A stretch of 64,000 nucleotides of DNA, taken from contig JBBTVB010000002.1 in the NCBI GenBank assembly GCA_038063455.1, forward strand, positions 1,296-65,295, in the 5' to 3' direction. The position numbers and the translations under genes are program-made. Every line of letters begins with the position of its first letter. Positions within the stretch are counted from its first letter, which is position 1. This DNA comes from Patescibacteria group bacterium (lineage in GTDB: Bacteria; Patescibacteriota; Patescibacteriia; PEXW01). The notes under the pieces are model-generated. The model had not been told where the DNA came from, made no database searches, and saw only the letters and a list, made by a program, of their open reading frames with translations. Shown piece after piece: positions 53,017 to 61,037 of this stretch.

Positions 53017-53292
53017 CTATTCGATAACGTCAATTTTGACAATCATTCCGAGGGGCAACGCTGTTTTCTTCTGGAACGGCAGCTTGACCCGCCAATCAAA
53101 GTTTCATCACTGCACATACGCACCGGGGCACTTCAGATTGGAACCACCGAAGAAATCTCGCCTATGTTCATAAAAGGTGAAACGGATATTGGGCAGGTGT
53201 TATTGCTGCCGCCCGAACATTACCAGCAGTTCCAAGCCTGGTGCATTCGAATCAACATTTCATTCGAAAACGCAAACGAGCTACCAAACTAA
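53017..53292 (+). pseudogene. 91-sense-codon open frame without a canonical in-frame start near its 5' end (frameshifted gene or recoding candidate)
   Basis: Promoter TTGACT-17-TAGGCT (52959-52987). A perfect AAGGAGGT SD plus the ATG at 53013 opens only a 4-codon ORF (MTIR*). The long frame is +1 relative to it. Terminator AAGACTCGC/GCGAGTCTT + T-run at 53311-53340. Confidence 0.45.
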
Positions 53293-53366
53293 ATTTCCCA
53301 AAACCTCATTAAGACTCGCTACGGCGAGTCTTTTCTTTTTGCCCCAAATCCCCCCGGCGAGAAATC

Positions 53367-53924
53367 CTACTCTTCAATCTGCGGCGCGAGATGGGTAAAT
53401 TCAACCAACTTCTTTTTCGCTTCGGCAATTATAGGATGCTCCCACCCTTCTGCAATTGCGGCAATGCCTTTTTCGTACTTTTGTGTGTACTCTTCGACCG
53501 TACCATGGCGAAATATTTTTTCGTACCTAGCCTCTGCAAAGCCAATAAACAATACTAAGTGATGAATGTAATCGGCACACTTTAGGGCTTTGTAGTCGGG
53601 GCTTGCAGTCTGTAAATGTGCTTGTGTGAGCTCCTGCCTTTCTGCCCAGGGAATAGTCTGGTCTACAGTCGCCTCTTCTACTAAAGTGGCTACGTCTCCA
53701 GAGAAATTTGCGCGGACCTCCTCTATCGTGCAGTCAGTATCTTCAACAACATCATGGAGCAAACCAGCAATAATGACATGCTCGGGAAAACCGTGACGTT
53801 CCAAAATCGCCGCCACGTTAAACGGGTGGGATATAAACGGCTCGGCACTATCAATCTTATACTTCTGATCTTGGTGCCACTTTGCCACGAACATTGTGGC
53901 TTTGTTGTAGAGCTGAAGATTCAT
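53367..53924 (-). CDS. HD-domain hydrolase of the RelA/SpoT type (small alarmone hydrolase-like)
   Basis: ISHPFNVAAIL...AGLLHDVVEDT...V..LVEE.T pattern. An extended -10 TGCTAGAAT (53931-53939) ends 6 nt before the ATG, which suggests a leaderless mRNA. Confidence 0.75.
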   Translation of the reverse strand: MNLQLYNKATMFVAKWHQDQKYKIDSAEPFISHPFNVAAILERHGFPEHVIIAGLLHDVVEDTDCTIEEVRANFSGDVATLVEEATVDQTIPWAERQELTQAHLQTASPDYKALKCADYIHHLVLFIGFAEARYEKIFRHGTVEEYTQKYEKGIAAIAEGWEHPIIAEAKKKLVEFTHLAPQIEE

Positions 53925-54051
53925 ATCTGTATTCTAGCACCCTCCCTCCACTTTACCCCCCCCCCGCCTGCCGCAGAAGGGCCGCAGGGGGAAGCGTAAA
54001 AAATAAAATGACCTTCTTAAAATAAGGCCTCAGAATTAGACTAAAAGCTTT

Positions 54052-54456
54052 TTAAGCGATTGCTTTCGCAAATGACCTATTTGTAGTTAACTTACCAAAA
54101 AGTAAGTCCACGATACCCCAAAATTTTTCGCCTTTGGATTCTCTACTCTTATAAAGTCTCTCAGCAAGGAGGCGCATTTCAGGTACCTCCCTAGAGTAAA
54201 CAGAGTAGAAGCTTTGAATACTAAAATATTCAATCTTTGCAGAAGTTTTATCAATTGAAATTGAAAGATTATTATCAATCGGAAAAAGAATTGATTCAGG
54301 TGAGGGTTTGGCGTTCGGATCGCTCCAGTAAAACTCATCATTTTGCTTGTCGTAAAACATCCCCCATTGACCATCTCTAAGTTGCTCAGCAGTTACTGAG
54401 AGATTATTCATGAATATAGATAAAAATTCCTGGGTGTCTAAATTAGTTTTCGGCAT
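54052..54456 (-). CDS. hypothetical protein, 134 aa (weak DUF2283-like pattern)
   Basis: AT-rich ORF overlapping the upstream ORF by 19 nt. MFYDKQNDEFYWS...ISIDKTSAKIEYFSIQSF weakly recalls YD...D.ly......vD....g.ivgiEi. Confidence 0.45.
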   Translation of the reverse strand: MPKTNLDTQEFLSIFMNNLSVTAEQLRDGQWGMFYDKQNDEFYWSDPNAKPSPESILFPIDNNLSISIDKTSAKIEYFSIQSFYSVYSREVPEMRLLAERLYKSRESKGEKFWGIVDLLFGKLTTNRSFAKAIA

Positions 54457-54920
54457 AGGTTTTCAGCAATTGTCGGAAATACATTATATGTAGTAATAAA
54501 AATTCTTTTGCCTTTTTCGTCAGTAGCAAAGCAAATTTTCAGATAATCTGGGCCTTTAGGTTTTGATTGATAAATGCTGTACATGCAGCGAATGCGTTTA
54601 TCATGATTAGAAGGACAAATGCATTTACTATTCCGAAAAGTATCCGGGATAAGGACCTCTAAAAACCGTTGACACCCACCTTCTTGATACCACCATTTAA
54701 ATGGATTCCTTCGATGATCTTCGAGGTTCTTTTTGTCGAGCAATAATCTATAGCCTGAAAACCCACCTTTGTCAAGGACTAGATCAAGAACATACTCTTT
54801 TGGGCTGCCGGTAAACAAAATGTTTGACTGATTAAAAAACAAGAATTTTGCGTATTCAAAGGGGTTCGCACAAAGACATTCATTGACCTTAATGTACCAC
54901 GTAATCGCAGAGTCGGCCAA
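54438..54920 (-). CDS. hypothetical protein, 160 aa (weak DUF4258/toxin-like C-terminus)
   Basis: AT-rich ORF with a TTG start and no in-frame ATG early on. The C-terminal KICFATDEKGKRIFITTYNV resembles the ...viTvy ending of DUF4258-type toxins. Confidence 0.4.
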   Translation of the reverse strand: MADSAITWYIKVNECLCANPFEYAKFLFFNQSNILFTGSPKEYVLDLVLDKGGFSGYRLLLDKKNLEDHRRNPFKWWYQEGGCQRFLEVLIPDTFRNSKCICPSNHDKRIRCMYSIYQSKPKGPDYLKICFATDEKGKRIFITTYNVFPTIAENLCRKLI

Positions 54921-54962
54921 TTGTCCCCGCCTGCCGCATAGGGGAAGTAGTTGATTTATTCT

Positions 54963-56144
54963 TCATTCTAAATTAGGAACGTGCCCGTAATTCGACAAAC
55001 CCTGATTTAATAAATTATATATCTCTGTATCAACGATTGGATTTTTTGAAAAAATTGGCAGTACAGCCACATGCTCTGCGGGTTCAGCCTCTTTATCGGT
55101 TTGGTAATGAAACGAAAAGTTGGTAAAAAATATCCCATTTTCTTCTGAGGGGTTGCTTTGATCATGAGCACCAAGAGAGTCAACATTCCTTTTAATGTCT
55201 TCAAACCAAGGTTTATCCGGAAAATTCATGCCTGGGGTCAATGGAGCATTGAGATCAATAAATATCATGAACGGTATACCCCCTGGATTTTGTGCTAGGG
55301 CTTCTTCCAGCTTATCACGCACATCCGCTCTCATTAGCTCCTCAAGGTTCGCTGTTCCTGGTGTATGTATAACACCATGCCTATGTCGGCTTTTTGCTTC
55401 AACAGCAATCGATATATTTTTTCCTTTGTGTGTTGCAATGAACTCACAATGTGGTGCTTTGGGGTTACCACGGTCCAAAAATTCAATTTCAAAACCCAGG
55501 CGCGTGAAAATTGCAGCAATTGCTATTTCATACCTTGCACCTTGGTACTGATCTAAATTTTTCAAGCGATTAATCTGCCTTTGGAATAATTTTGCTCTAT
55601 GTTGCACACAATAAACATCAAAGGCCAACGCAAAAAGGGATTTGGACCAACCATCAGGCATTGCTCCCCATCGCTCACCCACTCTATTTGACGGTAGAGC
55701 ATTCCTTTTCTTCCAGTCATTATAATGAATGTAACATTGAATAATATAATGTTGTTCGGACTCGGGTAATGTTAGTTGTTCTTTTACCCAAGGCTCTCCG
55801 AGAGTCACCCCAAGTAACTCAATAATGAACTCATGAAATGTCTGCTTTAATGGTAACGAATGATATAGCCGCCCGCCTACAGCACGTACACGCTTCCCCT
55901 GGTACTCTGTTTGGATATGAGGAAGGTAATACCCCTTTGACTCTAGGGCGGCTTGTTCAGCCTGTATTTTTTGGAAATGACTGATTACCTCTTGCATATC
56001 TTCCTGCGTAGGACGCTTTTCATCTTGACCTAAGTGACATTTTTTATATTTTTTTCCACTTCCACAATAACAGGGGTCATTCCTGCCAATTTTGCTCTTT
56101 CCGAATTTTCTCATATGAATAGAATTTTGACTTAATTGCAGCAT
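54963..56144 (-). CDS. SEC-C motif protein with PD-(D/E)xK nuclease-like C-terminal region
   Basis: N-terminal GRNDPCYCGSGKKYKKCH. Later YEIAIAAIF...EIEFLD...CEFIA....ISIAVEAKSR fits an E/D...ExK nuclease core. AT-rich. The start may be the ATG at 56114. Confidence 0.65.
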   Translation of the reverse strand: MLQLSQNSIHMRKFGKSKIGRNDPCYCGSGKKYKKCHLGQDEKRPTQEDMQEVISHFQKIQAEQAALESKGYYLPHIQTEYQGKRVRAVGGRLYHSLPLKQTFHEFIIELLGVTLGEPWVKEQLTLPESEQHYIIQCYIHYNDWKKRNALPSNRVGERWGAMPDGWSKSLFALAFDVYCVQHRAKLFQRQINRLKNLDQYQGARYEIAIAAIFTRLGFEIEFLDRGNPKAPHCEFIATHKGKNISIAVEAKSRHRHGVIHTPGTANLEELMRADVRDKLEEALAQNPGGIPFMIFIDLNAPLTPGMNFPDKPWFEDIKRNVDSLGAHDQSNPSEENGIFFTNFSFHYQTDKEAEPAEHVAVLPIFSKNPIVDTEIYNLLNQGLSNYGHVPNLE

Positions 56145-56150
56145 TAACTA

Positions 56151-56176
56151 AAAAGGGGGCTGAGAGCCCCCTTTTT
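56151..56176. terminator. bidirectional terminator after dnaK
   Basis: AAAA-GGGGGCT-GAG-AGCCCCC-TTTTT. Confidence 0.85.
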
Positions 56177-56178
56177 AG

Positions 56179-58101
56179 TTACTTCTTAACCTCCTCGTAC
56201 TTCGCATCCACCGGCTCGTCCTTAGACCCTGAGCCTGTCGAAGGGTCATCCTTCTTATCCCCTCCTGCCGCAGGCCCCGAGCTTGTCGAGGGGTCGGCTT
56301 TCTGGTCCTTGTACATCGCCTGACCAATCTTCTGAATCGTCTGCCCCAAATCATCCGTGGCTTTCTTGATGGCATCCTTGTCCTCGCCATCCTTCACCTT
56401 TTTCACGGCCTCGATCTTTTCTTCAACTTCCTTCTTCACGTCGGCCGGGACTTTGTCACCGCCGTCTTTTATCGCTTTCTCCGCCGTGAACACCAAGCTA
56501 TCCGCACCGTTGCGCACGTCAATAAGCTCGCGCTTCTGCTTGTCCTCGTCCGCGTGCAGGGCGGCATCCTGCTTCATGCGTTCCACTTCGTCTTTGGATA
56601 AGCCGGACGACGCCGTAATGGTAATGCTCTGCTCTTTGCCGCTGGCCTTGTCTTTGGCCTTCACGTTGAGGATGCCGTTGGCGTCAATGTCGAACGTCAC
56701 TTCCACCTGCGGCACGCCGCGCGGCGCCGGCGGGATGCCGGACAGGATGAACCGGCCCAGGGACTTGTTGTCCCCAGCCATGGGTCGCTCCCCTTGCAGG
56801 ACGTGAATTTCCACCGAGGTTTGATTATCCGCGGCCGTGGAGAACACTTGGGACTTTGAGGTGGGGATAGTGGTATTGCGCTCGATGAGCGGGGTGGACA
56901 CGCTGCCCAGGGTTTCCAGGCCCACGGAGAGCGGGGTCACGTCCAGCAACAGCACGTCGCGTACTTCGCCTTGCAGCACGCCGGCTTGCACGGCTGCGCC
57001 AATGGCCACCACTTCGTCCGGGTTCACGCCCAGGTGGGGCTTTTTGCCGAAAAACTTTTCTACAGTTGATAGCACCAACGGCATACGAGTCATGCCGCCG
57101 ACCATGATCACTTCGTTAATGTCGGCGGGCGTAAGGCCGGCGTCTGCCAAAGCCTTCTTGGTTGGTTCCAGGGTTTGCTCCACCAGGTCGCCCACCAGCT
57201 GCTCCAACTTGGCGCGGGAGAGCTTGAGTACCAAGTGCTTGGGGCCGGACGCATCCGTGGTAATAAACGGCTGGTTGATCTCGGTTTCCGTGGTGGTGGA
57301 AAGCTCGTGCTTGGCCTTTTCCGCGCTCTCCTTAAGGCGCTGCAGGGCCATCTGGTCGTTGCCCAGATCAATGCCCTGGTCCTTCTTGAACTCGTCGATA
57401 ATCCAGTGGATAATCCGCTGGTCAAAGTCGTCGCCGCCCAGGTGGGTGTCGCCGTTGGTGGCTTTCACTTCCACCGTGTCGTTGGACACTTCCAGGATGG
57501 AAATGTCGAACGTGCCGCCGCCCAGGTCGTACACCGCAATTTTCTCGTCCTTCTTCTTGTTAAAGCCGTAGGCGAGCGCCGCGGCCGTGGGTTCGTTGAT
57601 AATGCGCTTCACCGTAAGGCCGGCAATTTCGCCGGCGTCCTTGGTGGCTTGGCGCTGACTATCGTCAAAATAGGCAGGAACCGTGATGACCGCTTCGGTA
57701 ATTTTCTCACCGAGCTTGGCTTCGGCGTCTTCTTTCATTTTTTGGAGGACGAGCGCGGAGATTTCTTGGGGGGCCATAGATTTGTCACCCATGCTCACTT
57801 TAACGCCTTCGCCTGCTTGGACAACTTTAAACGGAAAGACTTTGACGTCGCGTTGGACTTCTTCGTCGTTCCAGTGCCGGCCAATCAGGCGCTTGATGGA
57901 GTAGAGCGTATTTTGCGGGTTCACCACGGCTTGGCGCTTGGCCACTTGGCCCACCAGGCGCTCGCCGGTTTTGGAAATAGCTACAACAGAAGGCGTGGTG
58001 CGGTTGCCTTCCTTGTTTTCTAGTACCTTTGGCTCACCGCCTTCGATGATGGCCATGCAGGAGTTGGTTGTACCGAGGTCGATACCGAGAATTTTTGACA
58101 T
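56179..58101 (-). CDS. dnaK: chaperone DnaK (Hsp70)
   Basis: [17 protein letters not shown] and VGGMTRMP blocks. 640 aa. Confidence 0.97.
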   Translation of the reverse strand: MSKILGIDLGTTNSCMAIIEGGEPKVLENKEGNRTTPSVVAISKTGERLVGQVAKRQAVVNPQNTLYSIKRLIGRHWNDEEVQRDVKVFPFKVVQAGEGVKVSMGDKSMAPQEISALVLQKMKEDAEAKLGEKITEAVITVPAYFDDSQRQATKDAGEIAGLTVKRIINEPTAAALAYGFNKKKDEKIAVYDLGGGTFDISILEVSNDTVEVKATNGDTHLGGDDFDQRIIHWIIDEFKKDQGIDLGNDQMALQRLKESAEKAKHELSTTTETEINQPFITTDASGPKHLVLKLSRAKLEQLVGDLVEQTLEPTKKALADAGLTPADINEVIMVGGMTRMPLVLSTVEKFFGKKPHLGVNPDEVVAIGAAVQAGVLQGEVRDVLLLDVTPLSVGLETLGSVSTPLIERNTTIPTSKSQVFSTAADNQTSVEIHVLQGERPMAGDNKSLGRFILSGIPPAPRGVPQVEVTFDIDANGILNVKAKDKASGKEQSITITASSGLSKDEVERMKQDAALHADEDKQKRELIDVRNGADSLVFTAEKAIKDGGDKVPADVKKEVEEKIEAVKKVKDGEDKDAIKKATDDLGQTIQKIGQAMYKDQKADPSTSSGPAAGGDKKDDPSTGSGSKDEPVDAKYEEVKK

Positions 58102-58143
58102 AGTTACGGAGAGATTAAAGAGTTAGTTGATTAGTGAAGTAAG

Positions 58144-58302
58144 AATTACCACCCCGCCCCGTGCTCGGGGCACCCCTCCTTAGTTAAGGAGGGGAGGCTA
58201 AGGAAGATGATGAATGGGGAAAGAAAACGTTTTGAGTGTTTGTCTCCCCTCCTCGGATGAGGAGGGGTGGCTCCCGCTACTGCGGGAGATGGGGTGGTAA
58301 TT
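58144..58302 (+). repeat. CCTCC/GGAGG multi-hairpin intergenic repeat, copy 3
   Basis: Closing stem ACCACCCC/GGGGTGGT. Hairpins CCCCG-TGCT-CGGGG, CCCCTCCTTAGTTAAGGAGGGG, TCCCCTCCTCGGATGAGGAGGGGTG and TCCCGC-TACT-GCGGGA. Confidence 0.8.
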
Positions 58303-58642
58303 AGTTCGTGAGAGAATCGCTGTCGAGCACTTTGTGCAGTTCCATAATGTCATCACTGTCCACGTCATTCACATCCTTGAACTTCATCACATCCTGCGCG
58401 GTCAAGTCCGTTATCATCCCGCGGAACATCAGGCCTTGGGGCGACATGGTCATGGTGGCCACGGCCGACGTGCCGCAGTTGCCGCACTTCAGGTGGAGCA
58501 GGGTGGAACCATTTTCTTCGGCCAGCACCTGCGTCTTGCGGAAGTCGAACAGGTTGCCGCAGCTGGGGCAGTGGCCGTCCAGGCGCAGGTGGTCGGACTT
58601 GTTGCCATCTTTACCGAAACTGGGAAGGGCGAATTGGGCCAT
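58301..58642 (-). CDS. zinc-ribbon protein, 113 aa
   Basis: CPSC...(24 aa)...CGNC four-Cys pattern with an acidic C-terminus. Sits between grpE and dnaK on the same strand. Confidence 0.65.
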   Translation of the reverse strand: MAQFALPSFGKDGNKSDHLRLDGHCPSCGNLFDFRKTQVLAEENGSTLLHLKCGNCGTSAVATMTMSPQGLMFRGMITDLTAQDVMKFKDVNDVDSDDIMELHKVLDSDSLTN

Positions 58643-58664
58643 AGGGTAGTTAGTTTTGGGGAGG

Positions 58665-58810
58665 AATTACCACCCCCTGCCCCCTCCTTTTCGTAAGGAG
58701 GGGAGGCAAAGGGTGAAAATCCATACGCCTAATGAAATGATCTTTCTCTCTGCTTCCCCTCCTCGGATGAGGAGGGGTGGATCCCGCTACTGCGGGAGAC
58801 GGGGTGGTAA
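58665..58810 (+). repeat. CCTCC/GGAGG multi-hairpin intergenic repeat, copy 4
   Basis: Same architecture as copy 3. The last ~60 nt differ from copy 3 at only 2 positions. Confidence 0.8.
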
Positions 58811-58813
58811 CCC

Positions 58814-59308
58814 TTACTCGCTCACCGTCACTTTTGCGTGTCGTATTACTTTACCTTGAATAGTGTAGCCGCCAGTGCTTTCTTCCAGAATCGTGTGCGG
58901 CGCTGTTCCTTCCTGCTTTTTCTTAGCCACGGCTTCGTGCATTTCCGGGTTAAAGGTTTGGCCGACGGTTTGAATTTCTTCCACACCCATGGTCTTGAGC
59001 ATGTCGCGGAATTGCCGCAGGATGTGGTCAAACCCTTGGACCCAAGATTCTTTGGTCAGGTTTTCGGGCACGTGCTTCATGGCGGTCTTCAAGTTATCCA
59101 GGATGGGTAAGAGCTCCAGGAGTAAACCCGCGTTGGCAAACTGCACAATTTCCATTTTCTCTTTTTCTGTGTCGCGCTTCAGGTTGAGGTAGTCGGCCTT
59201 GGCGCGCTTCCAGCCGTCCAAATATTCCTGATTGAGCTGCTGGAGTTTTTCCAGATCCGTCAGGACTTTCTCGGTGTCTTTTTCTAAGGTGGTGGGTTGG
59301 TCGGTCAT
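58814..59308 (-). CDS. grpE: nucleotide exchange factor GrpE
   Basis: Coiled-coil N-terminal region, then F.P..HEA.......EG......E...GY.....V.R.A.V.V. Confidence 0.9.
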   Translation of the reverse strand: MTDQPTTLEKDTEKVLTDLEKLQQLNQEYLDGWKRAKADYLNLKRDTEKEKMEIVQFANAGLLLELLPILDNLKTAMKHVPENLTKESWVQGFDHILRQFRDMLKTMGVEEIQTVGQTFNPEMHEAVAKKKQEGTAPHTILEESTGGYTIQGKVIRHAKVTVSE

Positions 59309-59312
59309 GGGT

Positions 59313-60017
59313 TTACATTAAGCCGCGGGTGTAGCGCAGGAGGGGTAGGAGGCGGTCGTAGTCCATGCGCATGGGGCCGAGCAGGGCGATCATAGTAACG
59401 TCGCCTGCCTCGGCCGGCTTGCCGGACGGGTCGATGCGCGTGACCACAATGCTGCAGCGCTCGTCCACCGGATTGTCGCTGCCCACCAGCACCACCACGT
59501 CGTCGGTGGCTTGGTCATACAGCTTGGCCAGCACGCTATCGAGGTGGTCGACGATGTTTGAAATGTGCTGCACCATTTGCTGCTCCTGAAACTCCGGCTG
59601 GCTGAAAAGGTTGAACAGACCCGTATAGAAGGTGTCGTCCGGGCCAAAGCTCACAATGGCGGTTTGCTTGCTGGCATCGGCCAGGGTTTTGGCCACATGC
59701 TTAATTACCTGCTGGCGCTCCGTAGCCTCGTTAGAGGCCTTCTGGAGGGCTTCCTGGGCCTTCTTAGGGACATCCTGCTCGGTTATAAACCGCTCCAAAA
59801 ACCACTTCCAGCCCTTTTCCGTCGGCACCCGGCCGGCAGAGGTGTGGGGGTGGGTCAGGTAGCCTTCCTGCTCCAATTCGGCCAGGTCGTTGCGGACCGT
59901 GGCGGGTGAGCATTCCAGGTTAGACTTTTCCAGCAAGTAGCGGCTGCCGATAGGTTCACCTAGGGCAATATGCTGGCGGACAATGGTACGGAAGAGTTGT
60001 TCCTTACGATTTTCCAT
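59313..60017 (-). CDS. hrcA: heat-inducible transcription repressor HrcA (short form)
   Basis: N-terminal wHTH (PIGSRYL...SPATVRNDLAELE.EGYL.HPHTSAGR.PT..G). Start moved to MENRKEQ at 60017. A CIRCE element lies 15 nt upstream. Confidence 0.85.
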   Translation of the reverse strand: MENRKEQLFRTIVRQHIALGEPIGSRYLLEKSNLECSPATVRNDLAELEQEGYLTHPHTSAGRVPTEKGWKWFLERFITEQDVPKKAQEALQKASNEATERQQVIKHVAKTLADASKQTAIVSFGPDDTFYTGLFNLFSQPEFQEQQMVQHISNIVDHLDSVLAKLYDQATDDVVVLVGSDNPVDERCSIVVTRIDPSGKPAEAGDVTMIALLGPMRMDYDRLLPLLRYTRGLM

Positions 60018-60031
60018 GGATGTTCTAGAGT

Positions 60032-60058
60032 TTAGCACTCTTTAGTGCCGAGTGCTAA
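60032..60058. promoter_or_regulatory. CIRCE operator (HrcA binding site)
   Basis: Perfect TTAGCACTC-N9-GAGTGCTAA. The minus-strand promoter TTGACA-17-TATAGT lies immediately upstream. Confidence 0.9.
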
Positions 60059-60151
60059 TACTATATACCGCAACAAAACCAGTGTCAATAAGTCTGGATT
60101 AAAAAAACCTGCCAGGTGTGAAGTGGCAGGTGTACAGACTAAACGTTTTGA

Positions 60152-60976
60152 CTACAGCGGAATGTCGGCAAGCGACTGCACTGCCCACATCCGCGCATTA
60201 ATTTGCTCGCCCGGTTGGTTGCGCCGCAGCCAGTATCCGCCGCGCAGGTTGAGCTGGTCTACCGGGGCTTGCACGTCGATGGCGAAGGAATCCCCTACCG
60301 CAATTGCCTGGGCGGCCAGAATATTTTTCCCAGTTGCGATCTCTGCATTCCTGAGCATGGCTTCATAAAAACGCTTGTCAGGTTTTTCATACGGGTCCCC
60401 GGTGGTAACACTCGCCGGACGCACGCCCAGGGGGACTAGCGTCTCTAGCCGTTTGGCTTTTTCGGTGCGGGCAAAATCGGGGTCGTACGCCCAAACGTCA
60501 TTTTGCCAGCGCAAGTGACCGTCGGAACCCGTAAAAATATGATACGGAATTCCGGCGTCATCCAAGCGCTGCAAAAATGGCAAGGTGTCCGGGTACAACG
60601 TGGCTCGCTCTGCAACTGCTTGCCAGAAGACAACAGCGACTTCGGCAGCTTGCGCCGGGGTCATGGGCAGGTTGATCTGCTCGGCCGCATACATGGCACA
60701 AATTTGCCGGCTCCATGGAAAAAACATGTCCTGCCCTTGAAGCTCGGTAAAGCGCCGCCGAAGCTTGGTAAAACCTTCTTGGCCGCCTGGGACGTTGGCC
60801 CAGTCGTCATTTTGCACGCGTTTGGCCTGCAAAACAGTTTGGAACGCGCCGTCAAATGCTTGAGCAAAGGGAGCACCATAGCTTGTGGCCAGGATGGCCA
60901 TAGCAGCAGCGTTGCCGGGATCGAAGTCCAGCAACGTGTAGTCGTAGTCAAAGAAAACATCTGTTATCGGGTGCAT
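60152..60976 (-). CDS. HAD-superfamily hydrolase-like protein
   Basis: N-terminal FFDYDYTL resembles the DxDxT motif I. A late GDS..D block resembles motif IV. Confidence 0.55.
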   Translation of the reverse strand: MHPITDVFFDYDYTLLDFDPGNAAAMAILATSYGAPFAQAFDGAFQTVLQAKRVQNDDWANVPGGQEGFTKLRRRFTELQGQDMFFPWSRQICAMYAAEQINLPMTPAQAAEVAVVFWQAVAERATLYPDTLPFLQRLDDAGIPYHIFTGSDGHLRWQNDVWAYDPDFARTEKAKRLETLVPLGVRPASVTTGDPYEKPDKRFYEAMLRNAEIATGKNILAAQAIAVGDSFAIDVQAPVDQLNLRGGYWLRRNQPGEQINARMWAVQSLADIPL

Positions 60977-61037
60977 AAACCTCCAGTGTTGGTGATTGTT
61001 TTTTGAAAGTGGAGCCTACCCGAAAGCGGCTGCAAGG

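Noticed and set aside
52918-54947. The junction motif interpreted as integron attC sites, with the island as an integron cassette array.
   Set aside because: The motifs are only 23-41 nt and lack the R''-L''/L'-R' imperfect inverted-repeat organisation. No intI gene or attI is present. Cassette orientations are mixed, and each cassette has its own promoter.
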